Source: Trichinella spiralis | Taxonomy: Eukaryota | Direction of reading: 5' to 3' | Assembly: GCF_000181795.1 (NCBI RefSeq) | Contig: NW_003526941.1 | Span: 7,629,741 to 7,693,740 of the forward strand | Length of the DNA stretch: 64,000 nt | Part shown: one piece after another, positions 1-11,107 of the stretch | Position numbering within the stretch: the first letter of the stretch is position 1 | Layout: the number at the start of each line of letters is the position of its first letter | The notes under the pieces: generated by a model | The model's input: the letters and a program-made list of their open reading frames with translations, nothing else | Database searches by the model: none | Told to the model about the DNA's origin: nothing | Program-made: the position numbers and the translations under genes

Positions 1-1496
1 GGCTCCCGGGATGGTTAAATATTGGGGGATAGGAAAACGTATTTTACATTATAATGAGGTATTCGTTGAAATTGCGAAGTCTTGTGCAATATTTTTTTTG
101 TTTTGGGCAAGTCGATTTTTCTTCATTTTCCGTCCAATTGGAATCTATTTATAAACATTGTTTCAGGACGGATTGAAATGTAAATAAAATCTAAATTTGA
201 TTACAAATTGCAATTCCACTGACATTTTCACCCTTTACCTGTTCTTGTTCTAGTATAGTTTTATTGAATGGTTGACTTTGCCATTAGTCTTGATTTTTTC
301 ATCGTTCACTTCCAAAAAGTTTCCCACAAATTTGTGGTTGGCTGTTCGTTGATAGGTTGTAATAGTTTCGTTATTAATTGACTGATGAATTGTGCAATGT
401 TATTAGTTACTCAATTTTCATCAGCAATTGGACGAATGTGTAGTAATATTTGATTAGCTGCTCAATTCTGTTCATTGATTGGGTGATTATTTTTCATCAA
501 AGATTTCCCCAAATATATATTGCATTACAGCTTAAATATCATATAGTATTTCCTGCAGAAGTTTCATAAAGAATTCAATGAATGATGCTATGTGGGAGGA
601 GGGTGGATGGGTGTCAGGTAGGTGACGGAGTTGGTAGTTCGGAGCTGGAATGGAGATTGGAGAAAAAAAGAAGAAGAGGTTTTTAGTGTCAGAGTACTAT
701 TTATTTTGAAAACAGGCAGTCAAGATGAACAAATGAAAGTCGTCATTCTGACAGCGAATGCGAAGTGGGATACAGAAATTTGCATATGATAGCATAGGCA
801 TTGTTTGTTCAGAAATAGGTGGAAAATAAAGCTGTAGAAGGAAAGTGCACTTGTGGCAGCTACAGGAAAATTGTACCGGCTAATCAGGTCGATCTTTTTG
901 TTGGGATGACACAGATATGTGATGCCTGGGACAGAATCATCGGGAGTCTCATTTCGCGCCAACCAACACAAAAGACAAAAAAGCGACATTTCATTGAATT
1001 AATTCTTCTACGTTTAGATACAGAAGAATAGAAGATAAAAGAAGACACCCCAAAGACAAGGGTTAGTTTGATAAGTATAATTCTTTGAGTTAGGCTAATT
1101 AGTTAAAGTCACTGAGGAGTTCTTGAGTCTGTAATTTATATAAAATCGAGCTGTAAGTTATCGAGCATTTAATTCAGATATTTGTTAATTAGAGTAATTG
1201 GACGTAGATCATGAGTATTATTATATTTAATTTGTGTGGCTTTCCGCATTTGAACGTTTTCATGTCCCATGCCTTTTGAGTTGAGTTTAGGGTTCATTTG
1301 CGGAAAGTGAAATGGTTGAATAATTTGTCGATCATTTCAAAGGACAATTTTTGAGCATAGTGAGTTTGTAGCACTGCTATAGTTGGAGTATTAGAATAAG
1401 TAAATGTTTGAGAATAGCAGTGCAAGGATAGGATGAATGTGAGATAGGGTGGTGTGCAGGAGTTCGACGGGTTACACTGCATGACGCGACCCTAAC

Positions 1497-1946
1497 TGTA
1501 TCAAATGATCAAAGTCCATATTTTCAAAGCTCACCTCTTCCTCTCCCGGTTGCGGTACCAGAGGCCTGCCGCCTTGCTAGGATCCCCGCAATGAGATCTT
1601 AAGCAAGGTCTTTTCAGCTCGACCGCCCCCGCCCCCCCCCGCCCTCCTGCCCGTTAACGGGGACTTCCCACGGCAGAGCCCCTAGTTGCGTGCTGGCCCG
1701 AGATCGGTTTTAAAGAGATGACCCTGTCCATTTGTGTGGTAATGGACGTTGTATGAAATCTTGTGCAATGGGATTTCAACACCTATGTGAATTCGTAAGA
1801 CGTTTCTGTCATAGAGGCAGTTATGCAAATTCGCAATTGACGTAGTGCCGAGAATCTGTTTCGGTTCCAATCTAGTGGTGATCGTTACTCCCCAAGAGGG
1901 ACGGTAAGCGTCGCTATGACCTCTGACACTTGGCCAATAAGTGACA
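1497..1946. mobile_element. GC-rich ~450-bp island, possible solo-LTR/TE remnant
   Basis: GC content clearly above flanks; TGT...ACA termini (tgtatca 1497, gtgaca ending 1946); abuts the outer end of the left palindrome arm. No TSD seen. Confidence 0.2.
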
Positions 1947-1959
1947 TCAGATTTACCGT

Positions 1960-4050
1960 GTGGCTTTAATCTGTAACGTATTCAGGACTTTGTTGTTGTT
2001 CAGCAATTATTATAACATTTGGTGTTGGCTCGTAACATTGTTATTATACGTTTTCAAAGCATACATGCATTTCTAGGTCAGAAGAGTAACGTTATGCAAA
2101 TGTGATGGTAAGCACTGCCGTTGGCATTTTGCTACGTGCCCTTTGTGCTATTAAAACGCGGAAGCAATGTTCCTTATATAAATTTCTGTTTATTGAGAGA
2201 ACTGCAGTATAGTATAAATGTTTGCTGCTGAAGGGCGGTCTATTTACTTACTGCACTGCGTTATTTGGTCATTTCGATGCTTCACTGCAACAATTGCGTT
2301 GTGATTGTTAGACTAAAAATACGAAGAAACCACGAACATCAGTTACAAGATGTATGACTCTACGTTTCCTTTATACGTCATCCATGACAGGTTTGCTGAC
2401 AGGTATGAATTTTAATGTATTTGCTTTATTTCCATACAATGTTTTCTTTCTTTTTTTGGCACACTGCACTAAACATGCGCGCTTTTTAAGCTTTTCGTAG
2501 TTGTTTGATTTTCGTCTTTTTGAATGGAAACTAGCGCGTTGTTCTTCAGTAATGATGTTCAGTTAACATTCAAGACTTTATTACGGACAAGCCAATATTT
2601 AATAGTACTAATGGTATATTTTGCTATAATTCTCAATAGTCCTTACAAATCCATTTGTAAAGTAGTACTCTTGCATAGCAGTTGAACCCCTCCCGCATTA
2701 TCTTTACTGCCCAGTGTAATGTTTATTGCGAAGGTAACATACTTGCCCAATTGTTTAAAGGAAATGTCTGTCACCGGGATAGTGCAGTCGCACAATCGCA
2801 CCCCTAAATGCTTGTCATTGCTCAAATCGTGCATGACATAGGAAAGCTTCTCTCACCTGGAGAACACACTTTTATACTACCACCTTTGATACTTTCAGAA
2901 TGACAGTAACGTTCCCTTCATTTTTGAAATGACTCCTATAAGTTTCTATTATGATATTGTATGGCCAATAGCACTGACTTATACAGATGCACCTATTTGA
3001 TGTCATTGAGAAAATAACTCAATGCCCATCAGTGTTGTCAGTATTGATAAATGAACCTACGCCTGAATATTATACGTGAAGATTGAGTGGAAGAAAGCAT
3101 ATGACAACTTCCACCTCCTCCACCCTTCAACTTCTTACTCATTCCTTCCTGCTATGTTGTCTCGCCCTCCTTTCCTTTCTAATGATCCCCATCATTGAGC
3201 TAGTAATAATACTAAACTGAACAGAGATCTCATTCAACTGAAAATGCTGCTCACCCCCTATTTCGAGCTGAATGAACAGCACTTAACTGTTTTATATCTA
3301 CGCTGCCCACTTATTAACTTCTGTGCTGAGATAAACTGCATATTACAAAATTTCATAACAACTGTTCAATTTTCCATAAATCTGAAAGAGTATTTTGTTT
3401 TCGCAACTATTTTCAGTGGGAGCTATTTAAAATTATCAATATAATTTTGATTAGAAAAAAAGCATTGATAAAATATAAATTATTGAATCACCTTGTACTT
3501 TCAAGCAACTGAATTACACAACATGCATAAATACGCAGTGATAGCATTTCTGTTTATTTTTAGTAATTTGCGATGCTTCATGTTAATAAGTTTACGTTTT
3601 AGGTAATTTTAGGGAAATAATTTGCATAACAATGCAATATTACGTAGTAATAGGAAGTGTGTAAATAAAAACGTAATAAATTTCATCGTCTCGTTTCATA
3701 ATGTTGCTCATAATGTTCATTTTACTGCGCTGTTACTGATGGAAAATTAGGTTGATCTTCCTGAGGCAAAGTAAATAGTCATTTGCATAATTTACTTATT
3801 ATACAAGTGACAAAGCACATCGATTTTATTAGGTTATGCAGTTCACTGCAATGCTATCAATCTAGCACGTGGTCAACTATAATTCCGCTCTTCAACACCA
3901 TCCACGAATAACTGGTAAGTTGGATTTGATATTTTGGTGGTGGTATGCTATGCATGTTACTTTACATATATGGTGAATGGAAACTTGCGGGTGTCTTTCT
4001 AGTGTTATTATTGCTAAGTTTTAGATACATCAGATGCTGAAGACGAAAAA
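1960..4050 (+). repeat. Left outer arm of large inverted repeat (high-identity part)
   Basis: gtggctttaatctgtaacgtattcagg (1960) is a near-exact reverse complement of 16261-16287; similarity continues colinearly to ~4050/~13875; mirrored ORFs 2643-2834(-) and 15474-15665(+) translate almost identically. Confidence 0.95.
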
Positions 4051-4062
4051 GTATCTATTTCT

Positions 4063-5523
4063 GTTTTTATTTAGAGATGACTGCATTAATATAATTCACT
4101 TTTAGAATTTACATTTTATTTTCATATCAATGAATATAAAAAATCCTATCATGAGAAGATGATGCCACTATGCATCATAATTATTTTCATCTGCTGTTGG
4201 TTTCCAATCTTGTTTATTCCCGGGAAATTTCAATAAAAATGATGGCCAACATGCAGGTGCGCAAAATGATTATTTGCGAGATATTTAGATTGTAAGATAG
4301 CAACGCCATCAGCAGCACGTCTGTTATTGTATTCGTACGTGCAACGTAATGTAAGTAATATTGTGGATTGGTTGCCTTTGATTTTAGTAAATTTGAAATT
4401 TGAATTTTACATTAGAAATATAGCTTTTTAGATGTACAAGATAATACAACGCAATATCTGGAAAGTGTGGGTAAAAAATATTCTGTTTATGACACTAATT
4501 ACTTATTAAATAATTTCAACTTTATTTTTTGCTGAATTGTCTTCATTGGTATATCATCATGTACGTAATTGCCACTATATTTATTTCTGTTCTATATATT
4601 AGGTTGCGTGCGCTTTATGATAGCGGTTGAAACGATACTTATGAGAAACAGCCGTATTATAAAAAGTGATTGAAGCCGAGTAACAGTGCATCACGATGAT
4701 ATTTGAATTTCATTCATTTTGTAATCCAATGTTTTATTTCGCTGTGTTATTTAGTATCTTATTTTTAGTTTGACTATCGCTCTGTTCATGTTTCTACCGT
4801 GAGCAGTCATGTGTCTCAACAGTTCCGCTTTCTGGTTTTCTTCATCGTCACAGTAAGAATGAATTTTATGCACTTTATAGCAATGGGGTGTGTCAGTGCA
4901 GTGGAACTATTTCTATAAACTTGAATATCTTTCTCTAATGGTGGTTCAGGTTTCCCTGAATGGATTGAAAAGATGTACAAAAATCTGTAAGTAATTGAGT
5001 ATCTATAATCTGTTACTATAATTAATGTCTTCTAATTCTACTTATACCTGATCCTGTATGCTTCTTGTTATCGAATTAAATAGTGTACGTCAACATAATT
5101 GAAACGTTTTGGAATTTCTGTTGCTCTTGCCAACATGGTATGCCACGTTTACCTCAATGCGTTCTAAATGTGCCATCACAAAAATAAGTACACATTTTGC
5201 CCATTATAGGAATGGATTGCATCATCAACATCGAGCTCGTTCATACTCCTGCGTTAGTTTAGGTTGGTTTAATGGTGTTACCCAGTATTGCTCCAGAAAT
5301 CTGTGTGGCTTCGCTTATCACAGGAGTACGGTATAATTAAATAATGATTGTAATAGTAGCATATATCGTGAATATAGTCTACTTGCGCTGGTTTTCGGAT
5401 ACATCACACAAGTCTGGTAGTGCCTGTTGCCATCAGTGCGTTTGGTGAGTATTTTTGTATAGTATTATGTGAGTAGGTAAGTTTCAGTATTTTGTAAGTA
5501 GAGATTTTGTTTTTTATTGATGA
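4063..5523 (+). repeat. Left inner arm, copy 1 of ~1.46-kb direct duplication
   Basis: Nearly identical to 6364-7827; also diverged reverse-complement similarity to parts of ~11830-13870. Confidence 0.92.
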
Positions 5524-6230
5524 GTGATAGCATTCACACAGCGGTGTTGCTTATCACATGCTAAGAATGTTTAATTGAAAATTTCAGCGCATAACTGTTG
5601 AAGGTTGCATCATGAAGGACAAATGTTGTATGACTAACAAGTAGTTTTTTATGAAAATTTGTATACTTAGTAATTAAGGAACAACGATGCACTGTTATTT
5701 GTCTTCAATTAATTTTTTATAATATGGCTGTTTTATATCAATTTTGTTTAACATGCTTTACTTTTCAGCACTTGTTTAGCAAATATTTTGAGAATCTAAG
5801 TTTAGAAGTAGATGAATGAAATTACTGCATTCTTTGGTAACTATCCGTTATTGAACATGTGGTTTTTTTACAAAGATTCGTAATGACGTCGATATATACG
5901 TCATCACAAAGCAATACCACCAGTTGATGCCGCTCTGTTTGGCGACGTATGTTTTTACGTTTTTTACTTTTATATACTATGAAAGTTTTAAACTGTAAAT
6001 TTTGTCGTTTTAGTTTTTCAGGTCTTTATAATTTTGCTTTTCATTTTTTCATAATTGATTTTTATAATTTTTTATAATTATTGTTTGGTACTAGTGTTTT
6101 CAAGATTTTTCATTTAGTAAGTTTAGATAAGGTAATTCATTTTAGTTCTGGATTCAGAGAGTCAAAGGCAACAGGACTAAGTAAATAGCGTAAAGTGTAA
6201 ATCTAAATCNNAAAAGACAAGGAAGCTATG

Positions 6231-6353
6231 GGGTAAGTTATGAAGGATAAAATAGGTAAGCAGTCTAATAGTTAAGCCGGTAAGTCAGGCAACAATAGGT
6301 GTGAAGGTAAGTATAAAATGGAAGGTAAGTAGTGATTAGGGTGAAAGGTAAGT
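6231..6353 (+). repeat. Array of 5' splice-donor consensus motifs (GGTAAG)
   Basis: About six GGTAAG(T) in ~120 bp, ending at an N-gap; same unit as 8856-8960. Confidence 0.8.
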
Positions 6354-6363
6354 NNNNNNNNNN

Positions 6364-7827
6364 GTTTTTTATTTAGGGGATGACTGCATTAATATAATTC
6401 ACTTTTAGAATTTACATTTATTTTATTTTCATATCAATGAATATAAAAAATCCTATCATGAGATGATGCCACTATGCATCATAATTATTTTCATCTGCTG
6501 TTGGTTTCCAATCTTGTTTATTCCCGTGAAATTTCAATAAAAATGATGGCCAACATGCAGGTGCGCAAAATGATTATTTGCGAGATATTTAGATTGTAAG
6601 ATAGCAACGCCATCAGCAGCACGTCTGTTATTGTATTCGTACGTGCAACGTAATGTAAGTAATATTGTAGATTGGTTGCCTTTGATTTTAGTAAATTTGA
6701 AATTTGAATTTTCCATTATAAATTAGTCTTTTTAGATGTGCAAGATAATACAACGCAATATCTGGAAAGAGTGTGGGTAAAAAATATTCTGTTTATATGA
6801 CACTAATTACTTATTAAATAATTTCAACTTTATTTTTTGCTGAATTGTCTTCATTGGTATATCATCATGTGCGTAATTGCCACTATATTTATTTCTGTTC
6901 TATATATTAGGTTGCGTGCGCTTTATGATAGCGGTTGAAACGATACTTATGAGAAACAGCCGTATTATAAAAAGTGATTGAAGCCGAATAACAGTGCATC
7001 ACGATTATATTTGAATTTCATTCATTTTGTAATCCAATGATTTATTTCTCTCTGTTATTTAGTATCTATTTTTAGTTTGACTATCGCTCTGTTCATGTTT
7101 CTACCGTGATCAGTCATGTGTTTCAACAGTTCCGCTTTCTGGTTTTCTTCATCGTCACAGTAAGAATGAATTTTATGCACTTTGTTATAGCAATGGGTTG
7201 TGTCAGTGCAGTGGAACTATTTATATAAACTTGAATATCTTTCTCTAATGGTGGTTCAGGTTTCCCTGAATGGATTGAAAAGATGTACAAAAATCTGTAA
7301 GTAATTGAGTATCTATAATCTGTTACTATAATTAATGTCTTCTAATTCTACTTATACCTGATCCTGTATGCTTCTTGTTATCGAATTAAATAGTGTACGT
7401 CAACATAATTGAAACGTTTTGGAATTTCTGTTGCTCTTGCCAACATGGTATGCCACGTTTACCTCAATGCGTTCTAAATGTGCCATCACAAAAATAAGTA
7501 CACATTTTGCCCATTATAGGAATGGGTTGCATCATCAACATCGAGCTCGTTCAAACTCCTGCGTTAGTTGAGGTTGGCTTAATGGCGTTACTCAGTATTG
7601 GTCCAGAAATCTGTGTGGCTTCGCTTATCACAGGAGTACGGTATAATTAAATAATGATTGTAATAGTGGCATATATAGTGAATATAGTCGATTTGCACTG
7701 GTTTTCGGATACATCATACTTTTCTGGTAGTGCCTGTTGCCATCAGTGCGTTTGGTGAGTATTTTTGTAGAGTATTATGTGAGTAGGTAAGTTCGTTTTT
7801 GTAAGTGGTTTTGTTTTTTATTGATGA
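6364..7827 (+). repeat. Copy 2 of ~1.46-kb direct duplication (gap-bounded)
   Basis: Matches 4063-5523 with scattered SNPs/indels; flanked on both sides by 10-N gaps. Confidence 0.92.
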
Positions 7828-7837
7828 NNNNNNNNNN

Positions 7838-8300
7838 GCTATGCCTCAGGCAAATTTTGAAAAAATTTCGGAATTTTTTTAAAATATAGCCCCCAGGCTT
7901 TGCCCTTCAGGGTTATGCCCCCAGGGCAAAATAAAAAATTTGCATATGCCCTTAGGCTATCCCCCAGGCAATTTATAGCACAATAATTGCCCTCAGGGAG
8001 CTTTTATGCAAATTTTTCATCGCCTCAGGGTAATATGCAAATTTTTATTTGCCCTCAGGCTACGCCTGGGGCTATGCCTCAGGCAATTTTTTGAAAATTT
8101 CAAAATTTTTTGAAATTTAGCCCCAGGCGTCGCCTCAGGCTATGCCCCAGGGCAAATAAAAATTTGCATATTCCCGCAGGCTACGCCGAAAGCATTTTAT
8201 TGCACAATATTTGCCTTCAGGGGGATATGCAAATTTTTATTTGCTTTCAGGCTATGCCCAGGGCATTCCCTCAGGTATTTTTTTCGAAAAATTTGCATAA
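7838..8300. repeat. GC-rich core repeat copy A (CCNNNGG / ATGCAAAT motif cluster)
   Basis: Repeated gcctcaggc, gcctggggc, gccccagggc and atgcaaat/atttgcat separated by A/T tracts; near-identical to 9090-9545. Confidence 0.9.
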
Positions 8301-8375
8301 TTCAGTACCCGGCTTTAGTACTTCTGCAATTACATCTCCTACAATTACCCAATTCCCACGCAGCGTAGGGCTCAT

Positions 8376-8630
8376 ACTTACCTTTACCTCTACGCTATCG
8401 AACTTCAATCCACTTAACTCTACGATATCACTCTTCTTTATACTTACCTGCACAACTTACCTTTCCATTTTACTCACCTGCACCTTACTTACCTTACTGC
8501 ACAACTTACCTTTCCATTTTACTCACCTGCACCTTACCTTACTGCACAACTTACCTTTCCATTTTACTCACCTGCACCTTACTTACCTTACTGCACAACT
8601 TACCTTTCCATTTTACTCACCTGCACCCTT
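8376..8630 (-). repeat. 45-49-bp minisatellite carrying splice-donor consensus on the minus strand
   Basis: Unit cacaacttacctttccattttactcacctgcaccttac(ttac)cttactg at 8451, 8500, 8545, 8594; reads AAG|GTAAGT and CAG|GTGAGT on minus. Confidence 0.9.
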
Positions 8631-8855
8631 ACGTTATCGTATTACCTTAACAACTAAGCTACTATCGATTAACCTGTACTCTCTTAACAAAAATCGCGTC
8701 GAGTCAACTGACCAGCATAACCTTACCCACTTACTCTAATGCCTGGGACCAAAACATTCTGCTCTCTACTGCTNNNNNNNNNNNNNNNNNNNNNNNNNNN
8801 NNNNNNNNNNNNNNNNNNNNNNNNNNNNNNNNNNNNNNNNNNNNNNNNNNNNNNN

Positions 8856-8960
8856 TGGAAGGTAAGTAGTGATTAGGGTGAAGGTAAGTATAAGTGAAGG
8901 GAAGTAGTGATTAGGGTGAAGGTAAGTGTAATTGTGAAGGTAAGTAGTGTGAAAGCAAGT
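8856..8960 (+). repeat. Array of GAAGGTAAGT motifs immediately left of core copy B
   Basis: GGTAAGT at 8861, 8883, 8921, 8939 plus degenerate copies, ~18-22-bp spacing. Confidence 0.85.
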
Positions 8961-8998
8961 AGTACAATACAAATTTGAACAATTACAAATTTAAAAAA

Positions 8999-9545
8999 GC
9001 CTGAGGCGATTTATTTAATAAAATATGCAAATTTTTAATCGCCTCAGGGTAATATGCAAATTTTTATATGCCCTCAGGCTACGCCTGGGGCTATGCCTCA
9101 GGCAAAATTCTGAAAATTTCGAATTTTTTAAAATATAGCCCCAGGCTTTACCCTCAGGCTATGCCCCAGGGCAAATAAAAATTTGCATATGCCCTTAGGC
9201 TATCCCCCAGGCAATTTATAGCACAATAATTGCCCTCAGGGAGCTTTTATGCAAATTTTTCATCGCCTCAGGGTAATATGCAAATTTTTATTTGCCCTCA
9301 GGCTACGCCTGGGGCTATGCCTCAGGCAATTTTTTGAAAATTTCAAAATTTTTTGAAATTTAGCCCCAGGCGTCGCCTCAGGCTATGCCCCAGGGCAAAT
9401 AAAAATTTGCATATTCCCGCAGGCTACGCCGAAAGCATTTTATTGCACAATATTTGCCTTCAGGGGGATATGCAAATTTTTTATTTGCTTTTAGGCTACG
9501 CCCAGGGCATTCCCTCAGGTGTTTTTTTCGAAAATTTACATATTT
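8999..9545. repeat. GC-rich core repeat copy B (most complete), ~224-bp internal period
   Basis: About 20 (S)CCN3GG(S) motifs and 7 perfect ATGCAAAT/ATTTGCAT; atcgcctcagggtaatatgcaaattttta recurs at ~9038 and ~9262. Confidence 0.92.
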
Positions 9546-9652
9546 TAGCCCCCGGCTCCTTACTTCTGCAATTGTTTACTTACATGTCCTACAATTACCC
9601 CACAACTTAACCGCGCTTTCCCGTACTCCACTCAGCGTAGAGTAACGCATCA

Positions 9653-9920
9653 TACTTACCTTTACCTCTGCGCTATCACACTTTAATCCACTTAACTCTA
9701 CGATATCATTCTTCTATATATACTTACCTGCAACTTACCTTTTCATTTTACTCACCTGCACCTTACTTACCTTACTGCATAACTTACCCTTTCATTTTAC
9801 TCACCTGCACCCTTACATTATCGTATTTACCTTCAGTACTTACCTGCTATCCATTTACCTGTACGCACTTTAATATATCCGCTTCGATTCTACTTACCTG
9901 CATTACTTTATCCACTTACT
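9653..9920 (-). repeat. Minus-strand splice-donor array right of core copy B
   Basis: About seven ACTTACC and two ACTCACC on plus. Confidence 0.85.
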
Positions 9921-11096
9921 TTGATGCTACGTACCAGTACTTTAGGCTCTCTACTGCTCTTAGTGAAGAATTTAATATAAACATGCCATGATTCTAAAAT
10001 TCATAGTTGAATATAGTTATTACAGCCATATTAAAGAAATTGAAGACGAATAACAGCAGCATAAATAAAAAAATACGTTATTCGATGGGGATCATTCAAG
10101 ATGCAGTTAAAACACACTAAAACTTTGAATACAAAGCAATTCTTCTACAAAAAATAATGCAATTCTTCCTTACCTTGCGTTTCAAGGAAAAACATCAGAA
10201 CCGTAGGAAACGCAATTTGAGAGTGCCATCGGCTGCGACTAAACAAAAATTTTCTGATGATGACGTAATCCATTGCAATAAAGAACAAAATGCTGGGATA
10301 CCTGTTCTATTTATTTAACATATTTCATTGCTGTCAACAAATTCCTTCTTACTATTTGCGATAAGTAAAGGGACACTGGGACGGCTAGAAAACGCCAGGT
10401 GAACACTGGTTGGCATCAGTACGGGCTTCATGAGACGACATAATCCACAGCCATTATAAACAAAAACTACTTACTGATTTTTGACATATCACATTGGAAA
10501 CGCACTCATGAAAGATCTATACGGGGACCAGCGCTACGCGACTGTCTCAACGTAATCTGCTAGAATTACAATCATTTATTTCTTACTCTTATGATAAGTG
10601 AAACCACACTAGTACCAATGATGAACGTCACTGCGTCAACTTCAACTCAGAGGGCCATCAGAAGAAACATCGAATTCGCTTGATGTTAATGTAATGCTGT
10701 CATGGATGAAATGTGCACGCTTTACGTATCCACCTGCAATCAGGAGCAAGTTAAATACTTACTTACGGATGTTTGTGATGCCACATCTAGAAGAAACTGA
10801 TGTGAACATGACAAAGCACGGTGTACAGAGCGAAAGGAAGTTGAAAACAGTTCAACTAATGTTATCTGTCATTATAGATGTTATCTAATTCAATCCATGC
10901 AACACTCGCTTCTTTCAGCTATTCTAATTATCAAATTCATTACTTACTGATAAACGATACTATTTGTGATAGCAAGGCCCCTGGAACGACTAGGAACCGC
11001 CTTATGTCATGTGAACAGGGTGCACAATACAAGCCTCATGGATGACGTAACCTATTATTATTTAACGCTATATATAACAAAGCTACTCACTAATTT
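9800..11096 (+). repeat. Direct duplicate of ~11675-13000
   Basis: Near-identical from cacctgcacccttac to ctcactaatttt; small indels accumulate towards the gap at 11098. Confidence 0.9.
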
Positions 11097-11107
11097 TNNN
11101 NNNNNNN

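Noticed and set aside
720..1031. Overlapping short ORFs near the window start
   Set aside because: No recognisable motif or supported splice structure.
2771..2793. miR-35/36-like seed TCACCGGG
   Set aside because: No convincing pre-miRNA hairpin with the upstream sequence.
2643..2834. ORF conserved in both arms (also 15474-15665)
   Set aside because: Short, one copy starts with GTG, no homology; conservation is explained by arm identity.
5284..5336. miR-2-like seed TATCACAG in a hairpin
   Set aside because: Large bulge in the stem and seed not kept in the right-arm homologs.
8440..8610. U1 snRNA gene (ATACTTACCTG downstream of octamers)
   Set aside because: Only the first 11 nt match; what follows is minisatellite with no U1 stem-loops or Sm site.
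8110..8739. 209-aa ORF and sister ORFs at 9353 and 11168 (MKFSPRRRLRLCPRANK...)
   Set aside because: TTG starts, translation of repeat DNA, frameshifted between copies.
8856..8960. Spliced-leader RNA genes or telomeric array (AAG|GTAA; TTAGGG)
   Set aside because: Units are ~20 bp, too short for SL RNA with an Sm site; TTAGGG occurs singly, not tandemly.
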